Shown piece after piece: positions 38,962 through 51,288 of a stretch of 64,000 nt of DNA. Position numbers and translations under genes: made by a program. The notes beneath the pieces were generated by a model. It ran no database searches and was not told the origin of the DNA. It saw only the letters and a program-made list of their open reading frames with translations. The stretch covers positions 64,001 through 128,000 of the forward strand of contig JBCCQY010000002.1 in assembly GCA_039208735.1 (NCBI GenBank). The letters are read 5' to 3'. Source of the stretch: Myxococcota bacterium. GTDB lineage: Bacteria; Myxococcota_A; UBA796; GCA-2862545. Position 1 is the stretch's first letter, and every line of letters starts with the position of its first letter.

Positions 38962-41911
38962 CCTGAGGCACCTTGGGTAGCAGGTAGGCCGTGATGGTGG
39001 GCTTTAGCGGACGCTTGAGCCACCTCGGTCGTCGGGTTCCATCCGGACTGTGGCTCATCGCCGACTTGGTGAGCGCCTTCCAGGCCTCGTAGACCTCCAT
39101 CGACTTGGTGGTGTCGACGTGGACATGCCCGTACCGGTCGTTCGCTCCGGCGCGGGTCACCGAAACGGCTCGCTGAAGCCAACAATGCGCGCCAGATACG
39201 GGGTCCGGATGCACCCCGTGGGTGAGGTTTTGGTGGACCCCTACGTGTTGCCACCACACCCGCGCCGTATCGGGATCGGCACTTTCGTAAGCCGCTGCGC
39301 CGTGCTCGACGCTCAAGTCGTAGGTGGTGCCTTGCTGGTCGATGCTGGCTAACGAGCTGCCAAAGCGGTTGACGCCCTCGGTTTCCGACAACCGCCAGCG
39401 ACCGAGGTGATGGCTGATGGCCACGATGCCCGGCCGAATGCCCTCGGTGACCCAAGCCCGGTCTACGAACCAGCCGATTTCGGTTTCGATACGCACCAAG
39501 TCCCCCGTCTCCACGCCCAACCGGGCCGCGTCTTCAGGGTGGAGCCACGCCGGATTGTCGTGACTGATTTCGTACAGCCACTTTGCGTTCGCCGAACGGG
39601 TGTGAATCAAGGTCGGCAGCCGAAAGTTGGGAAGCAGAACCATCTCCCCCCGATCGCGCGCAATCGCATCGGGATGCACGTGGCTCTTCAGCGGCCAGGG
39701 CACCACGTGGTCTTGGGTGTCCCAACCCCACGCCATCAAGGTCTCCGAGAGCAGCTCGAGTTTGCGTGAAGGCGTATTGAAACCTTGCCGCGCAACCCCG
39801 TCCACCACCACGCCCACGACCTTGTCCTGGGCACGCACTCGCCCGTCGTCACCGACCTCCCCGTCCACTTCGGCCTCATAGGGCACGTAGCGGTCGCGAC
39901 TCACTTCAAAAGCGCCGTATTTCCGCATGTACTGCAAAGGGGTGAGGCCCTCCTGGTCCGCCGCTTCGGGAAGGCCCGGTACGCTGTGTTCAAAGATGAA
40001 GCCCCAATACTCGTCTTGTGAGATGGGCTCGCCTTTGCGCACCGGACTTTCAAACCACTGGCGCACGCCGAGTGTCCCGTCGGGGTCCATTTTCCACGAC
40101 AGTTCCACCCAAAACTCAGACTCTTCCCAGACTTCACCCGGATTGGCTTCGTAGGTGCGCTCGACCTTCTTACCCAGACGTTCCATCGCGACGCGTCGCA
40201 CCGGTTGACGGAAACCGATCCATTGTCCGGCGTGGGTCTCCTGACTCATCAGGTCATGCCGCTCGGCGGAATGACCCATGGGGAGCACATAGTCAGCAAA
40301 CCATGCCGTTTCATTCCAGGTGGGGGTGAGCGCCACGTGCAACCCGAACAGCTCCTCCTTCTGGAGCGCCTCGAGCCACATGAACCCATCGGGATTGGTC
40401 CACAGTGGATTGTAGACCCGGGTGAAATACACATCGACGGTGCCTCGTCCCTCGGCCATCAGGTGAGGCAGCAGAAAGCTCATCTCAAAGTGGGCAAACG
40501 GCCACTCCAATGGCAGCTGCAGCTCGTTCCAGATGTTGGGCGGAGGCGGCTGGGCAAACGGCTTGGGAACGAACTTGTTCCACGAATTGCCCGACGTTCC
40601 TCCTTTCGTACCGATGCTTCCCGTCAACACGTTGAGGAAAAACAGCGCTCGAACAATCTGCCAGCCACCACGGTTGCCGATCGATGCCGAGCGCCAATTG
40701 TGGGTGGCCAATCGCGATCCCGCTCGAGCCACCGCCTCTGCGGCCTCCTCGATGCGGTCCAAGGGCACCCCGGACACCTCGGCCGCACGCTCAAACGTGA
40801 ACTCGCCGTATAGCGCGATCAGCGCGCGCTCAAAGCCCTCGAAGGTTCCGTCGAGTGCATCGATGACTTCGGGGTCCTCGATGGACAGGGGAGCCAGCCG
40901 ACTGAACCCTTCCCAGTCCACCCATCGCTTCATGAACGCTCGGTCGTGCTGCTTTGTCACCAACACATGACGGGCGATGGCCAGCAGGACCCACGCTTCC
41001 GAGCCCGGCCAGGTCGGCAACCACACATCGGACTTCGACGCGGTATTCGACAGCCGCGGATCGAAGGTGATGAGGGTCGCACCGGCCCGCTTGGCCTCCA
41101 TGATGCGCTGGGCGTGGGGGTTGAAGTAATGGCCCGTCTCGAGGTGACTCGAAATGAGCAAGATCGTTCGAGCATGCGCATAATCAGGACTGGGACGGTC
41201 GAATCCGCCCCAAAGGTAGTAGCCAGTGCGAGAAGATGCCGAACACACGTTGGTGTGGGAATTGTGGCCATCCACGCCCCATGCCTGAATGCAGCGGTTG
41301 GCGTAGTGATCTTCGCCAGGCCGGCCCACGTGGTACATGATGCCATCTCGCCGTTTCTGACGACTTTCACGCATCTTGGCTGAAATATCGTCGAGCGCCT
41401 CCTCCCAGGTCACACGCTTCCACTGTCCGCTGCCGCGAGGCCCCACGCGCTTGAGTGGGTACAGGATGCGCTCGGGGTCGTAGATCTGGTTGTGGGTCGC
41501 TGGCCCTTTGGCACAGTTGCGGCCCCGACTGCCTGGATGAACAGGATTGCCCTCAAACTTCCGAATCTCGAGGGTCGTGCGGTCGACGTAGGCAAGCAAC
41601 CCGCAGCCCGATTCGCAGTTGAAGCAAATGGTCGGTACGATCGTGTAGCGACGAGCCACCCGGTCGGGCCAGGCCTGGCTCTCCCATTCAACCCAGTCAT
41701 CCCACCGTTCGGGAGGCGGGTATTGCGAGAGTCTTCCGTCGGGGTGACGCACCTCGAGCCGTTCGACGGTGGCGTCAGGGGTGGCGTACTCCGGCATGGC
41801 AACGCCACCTACGTTCGTCTCGGACGTAGGACCTGCCGGGCGGCTGCCCTTGGACGGAGGCAATCCCATGAGCCGGGCGAGGGTATCGGCAAGGCGAGTG
41901 GTCATCGACAC
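38951..41911 (-). CDS. Mo/W-bisPGD oxidoreductase catalytic subunit (DMSO reductase superfamily)
   Basis: 4Fe-4S motif CFNCESGC...NCAKG, RILYPLKR, SHTNVCS, DPRLS, ADYVLP and LHPEDA; AGGAGG SD with GTG start; no twin-arginine signal. Confidence 0.92.
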   Translation of the reverse strand: MSMTTRLADTLARLMGLPPSKGSRPAGPTSETNVGGVAMPEYATPDATVERLEVRHPDGRLSQYPPPERWDDWVEWESQAWPDRVARRYTIVPTICFNCESGCGLLAYVDRTTLEIRKFEGNPVHPGSRGRNCAKGPATHNQIYDPERILYPLKRVGPRGSGQWKRVTWEEALDDISAKMRESRQKRRDGIMYHVGRPGEDHYANRCIQAWGVDGHNSHTNVCSASSRTGYYLWGGFDRPSPDYAHARTILLISSHLETGHYFNPHAQRIMEAKRAGATLITFDPRLSNTASKSDVWLPTWPGSEAWVLLAIARHVLVTKQHDRAFMKRWVDWEGFSRLAPLSIEDPEVIDALDGTFEGFERALIALYGEFTFERAAEVSGVPLDRIEEAAEAVARAGSRLATHNWRSASIGNRGGWQIVRALFFLNVLTGSIGTKGGTSGNSWNKFVPKPFAQPPPPNIWNELQLPLEWPFAHFEMSFLLPHLMAEGRGTVDVYFTRVYNPLWTNPDGFMWLEALQKEELFGLHVALTPTWNETAWFADYVLPMGHSAERHDLMSQETHAGQWIGFRQPVRRVAMERLGKKVERTYEANPGEVWEESEFWVELSWKMDPDGTLGVRQWFESPVRKGEPISQDEYWGFIFEHSVPGLPEAADQEGLTPLQYMRKYGAFEVSRDRYVPYEAEVDGEVGDDGRVRAQDKVVGVVVDGVARQGFNTPSRKLELLSETLMAWGWDTQDHVVPWPLKSHVHPDAIARDRGEMVLLPNFRLPTLIHTRSANAKWLYEISHDNPAWLHPEDAARLGVETGDLVRIETEIGWFVDRAWVTEGIRPGIVAISHHLGRWRLSETEGVNRFGSSLASIDQQGTTYDLSVEHGAAAYESADPDTARVWWQHVGVHQNLTHGVHPDPVSGAHCWLQRAVSVTRAGANDRYGHVHVDTTKSMEVYEAWKALTKSAMSHSPDGTRRPRWLKRPLKPTITAYLLPKVPQDAK

Positions 41912-41920
41912 GGCAGCCTC

Positions 41921-43537
41921 CTACGAGTTCGAGAGTTGTTGGGGAGCCATCACGAGCGCCCAGGACCACCCCAGCAGCCCCAACGCGGCGCACCCGATGG
42001 CCAAAGGCCCCCAAGCCTCTCCAAGGCCAAGCAACGCCAGGGGCACGACGTGGCCGAGCCCAATGCCCAACCCCCAGTACGGCATCGCGAACCGGCCCCA
42101 GGTCATGTCCCGGGCCGCTCGGCGTGCAAGTTCCGACGGCGGAGCAACGGTGAGGTCAGCCACCAACGTGACGCCGACCGAGAGCAGTACCGCGACGATG
42201 AACGGCATCCAGGACCCGTCGAACACCGCCAAGGTGCCGAGCCCCAGTGCTGTGGCATGAAGTGCCACTTGCACTGGCAATGCTGGGCTTTGCCAAAGAT
42301 CTCGGCCTTCGGCCTGGGCGAACAAAAACGCCGTATACACCGCCGCCAACACCGCGGTAGGCAGCGTCAAGACGGCAAAGAAGGGGCGCAGGGCATCGGC
42401 GAGCCCAAGGTCTAAACCCCACAGCGGCGCCAGCTCCACCGCCGTCCAGCCGACCGAAGCGAACGCAAAGCCCGAAAGGATCCAGGCTGCGCGAGCAACC
42501 CAACTGCGCCATTGCGGTCGCACGAGCAGGTAGAAGAAGCGGTCGGGGCGGTCGAGATCGTAGACCAGCAGCCCCAACGTCACGAACAACATGACCAGCG
42601 CGACACCAAGGGCCGGCGCGACGGTGGACCACACCACCGGAGCCATCAGCCCTGCGGTCGCGAGCAACGTCTGCAGGGCCACCACGCCAAACACGCCGGC
42701 GGCGATGCCCTTGGTCACCATGTAGGTCGGAATGGGCCAATGCCAGGGCACGTGGTGACGTGAGGTATAGGCGACTTGGACCATGTGCTCGGCCATGCGC
42801 CCCCCAATGTGCAAGGGTCCTGACCGAGGTAGCCCCTGCGGATCGGGAACTCGGACGGGATACCGATCGTGGTCTTTGGTTTCGCGAGGGATCCCCGTTC
42901 GGGTGCCCACCGCACCGATGTGGTGGGGATCGTCAACCACATCCGCGAAGGCGAAACTCTTGGGTACGGCAGCGGCCGAAGGCCGAAGCGAAAGCTCGTT
43001 GCCTTCGATGTAGAACACCTTGGGGGCCGTGCCCTGCTCCGGCTTGCGCACCGTGACGTTGTGTTTGGCGAGGGTGCGGCTGATCTCGGACTCGGGATCA
43101 TCGAGGTCACCCGCAATGATCGCGTGTTCGGGGCACACGACGACACAGGCGGGTTCGAGCCCCACGTCCACGCGATGGGCGCAGTAGTGGCACTTCGCCG
43201 CGGTGTGGGTCTCAGGGTCGATATGGATGGCATCGTAAGGGCAAGCTTGCATGCAAGCCTTACAGCCGATGCAGGCATCCGAATCGAAGTCGACGATACC
43301 GTCGTCACGCTGCACCATGGCGCTTACGGGGCAGATGCGTACGCAGGGCGGATTGCTGCAGTGGTTGCAGCGCGTGACCTGAAAAGAGCGCCGCACATCG
43401 GGGTACTGACCGGCTTCGACCGCCTTTACCCAGGTTCGATGCACGCCGAGGGGCACCTGGTTTTCGCTCTTGCATGCCGTGCTGCACGCGTGGCAGCCGA
43501 TGCAAGAGCGGTTGTCCATCACGAAGCCAAAGTTCAT
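41921..43537 (-). CDS. 4Fe-4S dicluster domain fused to NrfD/PsrC-type membrane anchor
   Basis: CIGCHACSTAC, CNHCSNPPCVRICP, CIGCKACMQACP and KCHYC; then PWHWPI, DLDRPDRF and SWVARAAW with multiple TM segments. Confidence 0.9.
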   Translation of the reverse strand: MNFGFVMDNRSCIGCHACSTACKSENQVPLGVHRTWVKAVEAGQYPDVRRSFQVTRCNHCSNPPCVRICPVSAMVQRDDGIVDFDSDACIGCKACMQACPYDAIHIDPETHTAAKCHYCAHRVDVGLEPACVVVCPEHAIIAGDLDDPESEISRTLAKHNVTVRKPEQGTAPKVFYIEGNELSLRPSAAAVPKSFAFADVVDDPHHIGAVGTRTGIPRETKDHDRYPVRVPDPQGLPRSGPLHIGGRMAEHMVQVAYTSRHHVPWHWPIPTYMVTKGIAAGVFGVVALQTLLATAGLMAPVVWSTVAPALGVALVMLFVTLGLLVYDLDRPDRFFYLLVRPQWRSWVARAAWILSGFAFASVGWTAVELAPLWGLDLGLADALRPFFAVLTLPTAVLAAVYTAFLFAQAEGRDLWQSPALPVQVALHATALGLGTLAVFDGSWMPFIVAVLLSVGVTLVADLTVAPPSELARRAARDMTWGRFAMPYWGLGIGLGHVVPLALLGLGEAWGPLAIGCAALGLLGWSWALVMAPQQLSNS

Positions 43538-43646
43538 CGCCTTCCCCTGGAGCCCGAGGCGGGTCGAGTGCACGTGAGCAAGGCCCGTGCCAGCCTTGGC
43601 ACGAGTACGGCGCATTGTGGCACGGGAGCTGCACTGCACCCCCACC

Positions 43647-46346
43647 ATGAATGGCATGGTCGGCTTCGGACAATCCGCTCGAACCCTATGGAATGCGTGG
43701 CGCGACGAGTTCCGCACCGCTCCCTGGGGCCGGGAGTTCCTCGCCGCGCTCACCGTGACGTCGCTTAGCGTGCCCCAGGGCGTGGCGTACGCCCTCATCG
43801 CAGGGCTCCCTCCGGCTGTCGGGCTGATTGCAGGCGCCGTTCCCGCCATTGTGGGTTCGTTGTTTCGCAGTTCGCGCCATGTGGTGTCTGGACCCACCAA
43901 TGCCCTGTCTCTCCTCGTAGGGACCACCATCGCAGCGCAGTACGACGATCCGGTGGTGGCCGCCGCAACGCTGGCGGGCCTCGTTGGGCTGCTGCAGATC
44001 CTCGCGGGCGTGCTCCGCTTGGGCGCCGTGGTCGACTACGTCTCGGCCGCTGTAGTGACCGGCTACGTCACCGGGGCGGGCATCCTCATTGGCATCGGCC
44101 AGCTGCCCAACCTCACCGGCACGCCGAGCCTTCGCGGTGACCTCGTCACCCAGATCAGCCACTGGTTCACCACGCTCCCCGATGCCCACGGGCCCTCCCT
44201 GGCCCTCGGTTTGAGCACGGCCGTCACGATTCTCGTCTTGCGACGGTTCATTCAGAAGAGCCTGGCTGCCCTCATCACCGTCGCGTTGGGGGTGGTGGTC
44301 TCGGTGGCGCTGGGCCTCAAGAACCACGGCGTGGCCCTCGTCGGCGACCTCGCCCGCATTCCCGCGGGACTGCCTCCCTTGGTGCTTCCCGATGTGTCGT
44401 TGGTCGCCGCCCTCATGCCCGTCGCCCTTGCCGGGGTCCTGCTTTCGTTGGTCGAATCCACATCGGTGGCCCGCTCGATTGCCGGCCGGTCCGGCCAATC
44501 CCTCGATTTGAGTCTCGAGTTCTTCGGGATGGGCCTCGCGAATCTCACATCAGGTCTTTTCGGCTCATTTCCGGTCAGCGGCAGCCTCTCCCGATCCGCC
44601 ATCAATGAGCAATCTGGAGCGCAAACGCGGTTCGCGGGTGCGCTTTCGGGGGTGCTCATGCTGGGCGTGATGCTGGGGCTGGGGCCCCTGGTCGATCGCA
44701 TGCCCATCGCCAGCCTCGCGGGCCTCTTGGTCGTCATCGCGGCCGACCTCGTCGATCTCAAGCGCATTCGCCGGTTGCTTAGGGCCACCCATTCGGACCG
44801 GTTTGCCTTCCTCGGCACGCTCGTCGGGACCTGGCTGCTTCCGCTGGATCAGGCCATCGCGGTGGGCGTTGGCGTGAACGTGATCCTCTTCCTGCGTCAG
44901 TCTCAGCTGTTGCTGGTCCGCGAGCTGGTCGTCGACGACACCTGGCGGCTTCGCGAGGTGGAACCGGACCCCATGGGCCGCCCCCTCCCCAACCAATGCC
45001 CCGCCGTGCGCATCCTCCACCTCGAAGGCCCCCTGTTCTTTGGGGCGGCCGGGGGCCTCGATCGGGCACTCCGTCCGATCGTCGCCGATCCGGCCGCCCG
45101 ATTCGTCGTGCTGCGCCTAAAGCGCACCCAGGGCCTGGATTTCACCACTGCCGAGGTGTTTGGTCGGGTGCACCAACAGCTCGCCGCCCAGGGCCGCACC
45201 TTGCTCATGGTCGGACTGCGAAAACCGGCGGTGGACACCCTCGACCGTTCCGGCGTGGGGGAAGCGTTGGGCGAACAGCAGGTCTACCCGACCCAACCTG
45301 GCTGGTTCATCGCGATGAACGAGGCGCTCGCCCACGCGATGCGCCACTTGCCCGCCGAAGACCAAGACGAGTCAAGCCGGCTCGCCACCTACCTTCGGCT
45401 TCACCGGACGTCTCAATCTGAATCAAACCCTCGAGTCGTTGTGAACCCATCTGATTCACCCATCCCGCGGAGGACTCCCATGCGCATCGAAGCGTTCTTC
45501 GACGATGCCACGTGCTCACTCACCTACGTGGTGTCGGATCCTAAGACCCGCGACGCCGTCATCCTCGACCCGGTGCTGGACTTCGATCCCCAGTGGGTGA
45601 ACGTCACCGAGTCCTCGGTGGAGCGAGTGGTGAAGTACGTCCAGGACCAGCAGTTAAACGTGAGGTTTATCCTTGATACCCACGTACATGCGGACCACTT
45701 CTCCGGCACCCAAGCGCTTAAGGCCCGATTGGGCGGTGTGGTGGGCATTGGCCGGCATGTGGCCGCCGTCCAACGCACGTTCAAAGAGATCTTCAACTGG
45801 CCTGAGGCCTTTGCCACGGACGGGCGACAATTCGACGTGTTGCTGGAAGATGGAGTACCGCTCCTCGCAGGCTCGCTCACCGTCGTCCCGATCCACACCC
45901 CGGGACACACGCCTGCGTGCCTGACCTACCACATCGGGGACGCGCTCTTCACGGGCGACACCATGTTCATGCCGGACTTTGGGACCGGACGCTGCGACTT
46001 CCCTGGGGGCTCGGCCGAACAGCTCTACGAGAGCATCCAAAAGCTCTACCGGTTCCCCGACGACACCCGCGTGTTCGTCGGCCATGACTACCAACCCGGA
46101 GGCCGCGAACTGCGGTACGCGACCACCATCGGCGAGGCCAAGCGCCACAACAAACAGCTTCGAGCCGACACGACCAAGGCCGAATTCGTGGCCTGGCGAT
46201 CCGCCAGGGACCGCACGCTCAAGCCACCGAAGCTCATCTTGCAGAGCCTTCAGGTGAACGCCAATGCAGGCCATCTGCCTGAACCCGAAGACAACGGACG
46301 CCGCTACCTCCGCATGCCGTTGGGGGTCTTCGGCCGACCGCTTTAG
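43647..46346 (+). CDS. SulP (SLC26) transporter-STAS continuing in frame into a persulfide dioxygenase domain
   Basis: PQGVAYALIAGLPP, SGPT, SGSLSRSA and STAS GPLFFG motifs; no stop before the MBL domain. Confidence 0.85.
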   Translation: MNGMVGFGQSARTLWNAWRDEFRTAPWGREFLAALTVTSLSVPQGVAYALIAGLPPAVGLIAGAVPAIVGSLFRSSRHVVSGPTNALSLLVGTTIAAQYDDPVVAAATLAGLVGLLQILAGVLRLGAVVDYVSAAVVTGYVTGAGILIGIGQLPNLTGTPSLRGDLVTQISHWFTTLPDAHGPSLALGLSTAVTILVLRRFIQKSLAALITVALGVVVSVALGLKNHGVALVGDLARIPAGLPPLVLPDVSLVAALMPVALAGVLLSLVESTSVARSIAGRSGQSLDLSLEFFGMGLANLTSGLFGSFPVSGSLSRSAINEQSGAQTRFAGALSGVLMLGVMLGLGPLVDRMPIASLAGLLVVIAADLVDLKRIRRLLRATHSDRFAFLGTLVGTWLLPLDQAIAVGVGVNVILFLRQSQLLLVRELVVDDTWRLREVEPDPMGRPLPNQCPAVRILHLEGPLFFGAAGGLDRALRPIVADPAARFVVLRLKRTQGLDFTTAEVFGRVHQQLAAQGRTLLMVGLRKPAVDTLDRSGVGEALGEQQVYPTQPGWFIAMNEALAHAMRHLPAEDQDESSRLATYLRLHRTSQSESNPRVVVNPSDSPIPRRTPMRIEAFFDDATCSLTYVVSDPKTRDAVILDPVLDFDPQWVNVTESSVERVVKYVQDQQLNVRFILDTHVHADHFSGTQALKARLGGVVGIGRHVAAVQRTFKEIFNWPEAFATDGRQFDVLLEDGVPLLAGSLTVVPIHTPGHTPACLTYHIGDALFTGDTMFMPDFGTGRCDFPGGSAEQLYESIQKLYRFPDDTRVFVGHDYQPGGRELRYATTIGEAKRHNKQLRADTTKAEFVAWRSARDRTLKPPKLILQSLQVNANAGHLPEPEDNGRRYLRMPLGVFGRPL
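45480..46346 (+). CDS. Persulfide dioxygenase (ETHE1/Sdo-like MBL hydrolase), possible internal start
   Basis: GGAGG SD before ATG 45480; THVHADH, TPGHTPAC, GDTMFMPDFGTGRCDFPGG and GHDY motifs. Confidence 0.85.
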   Translation: MRIEAFFDDATCSLTYVVSDPKTRDAVILDPVLDFDPQWVNVTESSVERVVKYVQDQQLNVRFILDTHVHADHFSGTQALKARLGGVVGIGRHVAAVQRTFKEIFNWPEAFATDGRQFDVLLEDGVPLLAGSLTVVPIHTPGHTPACLTYHIGDALFTGDTMFMPDFGTGRCDFPGGSAEQLYESIQKLYRFPDDTRVFVGHDYQPGGRELRYATTIGEAKRHNKQLRADTTKAEFVAWRSARDRTLKPPKLILQSLQVNANAGHLPEPEDNGRRYLRMPLGVFGRPL

Positions 46347-48644
<2,298 letters not shown>

Positions 48645-48678
48645 GCAGCAAGCCTGGCCCGGGAGGAGGGTTCGCCAC

Positions 48679-51168
48679 TCAAGAGGCGAACCACCTCCGA
48701 GAATACTCGATGGCGAGCCTCGGATCGGCAGAAAGGGTGTCGAATCGAGCCGCCCACTCAGCAAATGCGAGGGCATCCTTTTTGGCGACCACCTTCACAA
48801 TCTCGATCGTCTGATCGTTGGCCTCGTACGTTTTCGGCAACGGCTCGAGTCGGGACAACGCCTCTCTGGACTTTCCGTTTCCGACGAGGGCCAGGGCGTG
48901 GAACGCCGAAACAAGCGGGTAAGTGGTTGGATCATCGGGCAGGCAGGTTTCGAGGGCAAGCTCCAGGTACTCCAACGCCAAGGCGAACTGTCCCCGCTTG
49001 AGTTGCAGTTGTCCAAGGCTGAAATTCGCTTCCCCAACCATGTAGGCCCGACCGAGACGACGACCGAGTTCACGAGCCTCCACAATGTGCTCCTCGGCCA
49101 TGGTTTGGTCGGGCTCCATCGACGCACAATTGAGCAACGTGTGGAAGAGCAGTTGGCGCGTCGCATGCTCGCGAGCCACGGGAAGCAATTCGCTGAACCG
49201 CTGGTGGGCGGCTTCGTTTCGACCCAATTCCCCGAGCACCATGCCCTCACACATCTTGAGCACGACCCAGCTCGAGGTCCCTTCGTATGCGGTGACTTGA
49301 TCGAGTTGGCGGCGGACGAACGACAGTGCTTCGTCAAGCCGATTGAGCGAAACGAGCCCGTTGACCACAATATTCGAGAGCGCCACGCGCTGCTCAAGGG
49401 GAGCGTCCCCCAGCTGCGGCATTCCAGTCAGGGCGACGGTCACGGCTCGATTCGCATCGCCCGTGAGATAAAACGAACGCGCCACACTATCGAGCACCTT
49501 GGCTCGAAGTCTCGGAGACAGTTCTTGAGTTTCGGCGTACGTTTGCAATGCCTCTGCCTCAGAGGCCAACGCGACCACACCGTCTTGCATTCCCGTGACG
49601 TTCACGACATGGGTCCACACGTCCACAATGACGTCGGCGTCGCCTTCGTTCAAGGCTCGGTCGAGTGCGGATCGCAATGCCGGAAGCGCGCGGTCGGCCG
49701 AATCCCCTTTCAGCGTTCGTACGGCTTGTCCCACGGCTACCCGAACGCCGAGTCTCGGCGAAAGTTCGTCTGGGTTGAGTGTATCGATCCACCCAAGCTC
49801 GCCTCGATGGGGGCCAAAGTACGCTTGGTGCTGCGTCAAGGCCAACGCCAGGAGTGCTCGCTCGTCGGCAGTATCGACGCGTGGGGTAGCCTCAAGCCAT
49901 CGAGCCTTGCCTTTTCGAAGCCTTCCCAGCACGTCCTCTGACGGTGTACCAAACACGAGTTCCTCGGCTTGCTGACAGGCCAACTGCACAAATCTCTGCC
50001 AAACCTCGGCCGAAAGCTGCTGTCGAATCACCTGACGAACCACGTCAAACAAGAACCACCGCTCACCATCGCGCAACAGCAATGACCCGTTCAGCAGCTC
50101 CTCAACGTCATCGAGCACGTCACGCCCCGCAATGTGCTCGATGTCATTTAGGTCAAACGGACCCGGAAACGTCGCGAGAAGATTCAGTACCTCACGGGCC
50201 GAGGGGTCGAGCCGGGCGGCTGCGCCATCGATCACATTCGCCAAGGTTCTCTTTCGTCGTTCGATCAACGCCCCGTCTTCGAGGGAGGCCGCCAAACGAC
50301 TCAACGGAATCCGACGCGCTAACGAAGCGGTAAGCTCGATGGCGAGGGGAATCCCGCTGGCCAGCTCCAGCACGGGACGGAGCACCGCGTCGCTCAACGT
50401 TGACGGATGCAGCTCAGACGGGGCCCTGCGTCGAAACAGTGTGGCGGCATCGGCGTGGGTGAGCGGGCCCAGGGGCAGTTGGGGCACGAGCGATGGAGCC
50501 TGACGCGCCGTGACGACGAAGAACGTGGAGCCCAACCGTGCCCAGTCCGCAATCAGCTCGAAGGCTTCGTCGGACAGTTCGTCTGCACCATCGACGATGA
50601 TGAGGCCCGCATTGGCCACCGGCAGCCCGTACGCCACCATGCCTTCGTCCGCCTTGACCGGTTCGAGTTCGATGGCCTCGGCCACCAACGCCGTCAGCTC
50701 TCCTCGTGATTGGGTGCCTGCTGCATCGATCCAAATGGTTTTCCCACTCTTACGCGCTGTCGCCCGGGCAAGCCTCGTCTTGCCGATCCCTCCTAAACCG
50801 ACCACCACACACCATTGCTCCTCCAACAAAATGCGTTGGAGTTCCGAAAGCGCGACGCTTCGTCCCACCAAGCCGTGGTCGGGATCGTCGTAGCGATACC
50901 CAACCCCCACGACCGTCGAGATTAACGAAGCATCCTCTCCCAGTTTGCCCCTGAGACGGGCCACCAATTTGTCGATCGCCCGAGTCCGAATTCGAGGGGA
51001 ATAGGACCAAACGTCGGCAAGCAACTCTCGACGGGACACCGTGACACCCGGCCGGGTCGCCAGGTGTCGCAAGAAATCATGCTCGAGTTTGGTCAGGCCG
51101 ACCTGTTCATCGAGTCGCTGGAGCACCAAGCGGTCATCATCCAAGTTCCACGAACCGAATCTTGCCAC
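48679..51168 (-). CDS. OmpR-type winged-helix + P-loop (NB-ARC/STAND-like) + TPR transcriptional regulator
   Basis: RRELLADVW...RLRGKL...GVGYR, Walker A GLGGIGKT, GIPLAIEL and TPR-like C-terminus; GAGGA SD with GTG start. Confidence 0.8.
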   Translation of the reverse strand: MARFGSWNLDDDRLVLQRLDEQVGLTKLEHDFLRHLATRPGVTVSRRELLADVWSYSPRIRTRAIDKLVARLRGKLGEDASLISTVVGVGYRYDDPDHGLVGRSVALSELQRILLEEQWCVVVGLGGIGKTRLARATARKSGKTIWIDAAGTQSRGELTALVAEAIELEPVKADEGMVAYGLPVANAGLIIVDGADELSDEAFELIADWARLGSTFFVVTARQAPSLVPQLPLGPLTHADAATLFRRRAPSELHPSTLSDAVLRPVLELASGIPLAIELTASLARRIPLSRLAASLEDGALIERRKRTLANVIDGAAARLDPSAREVLNLLATFPGPFDLNDIEHIAGRDVLDDVEELLNGSLLLRDGERWFLFDVVRQVIRQQLSAEVWQRFVQLACQQAEELVFGTPSEDVLGRLRKGKARWLEATPRVDTADERALLALALTQHQAYFGPHRGELGWIDTLNPDELSPRLGVRVAVGQAVRTLKGDSADRALPALRSALDRALNEGDADVIVDVWTHVVNVTGMQDGVVALASEAEALQTYAETQELSPRLRAKVLDSVARSFYLTGDANRAVTVALTGMPQLGDAPLEQRVALSNIVVNGLVSLNRLDEALSFVRRQLDQVTAYEGTSSWVVLKMCEGMVLGELGRNEAAHQRFSELLPVAREHATRQLLFHTLLNCASMEPDQTMAEEHIVEARELGRRLGRAYMVGEANFSLGQLQLKRGQFALALEYLELALETCLPDDPTTYPLVSAFHALALVGNGKSREALSRLEPLPKTYEANDQTIEIVKVVAKKDALAFAEWAARFDTLSADPRLAIEYSRRWFAS

Positions 51169-51288
51169 TATATCCTCATCCTGGTCCGGACTTCCCAAAG
51201 GGCAGCGCATTCTTTAACGCTATTGGCGCACCAGGTCTTCGAAGCACAGGATAAGTCGAATGCCTCATCGAGCCTCAGGGCCAAGCGA

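Noticed and set aside
38951..41911. Formate dehydrogenase or selenoprotein call for the Mo enzyme
   Set aside because: No in-frame TGA and no FDH-type C/U-H active-site motif; partner subunits are NrfD/TorD-type.
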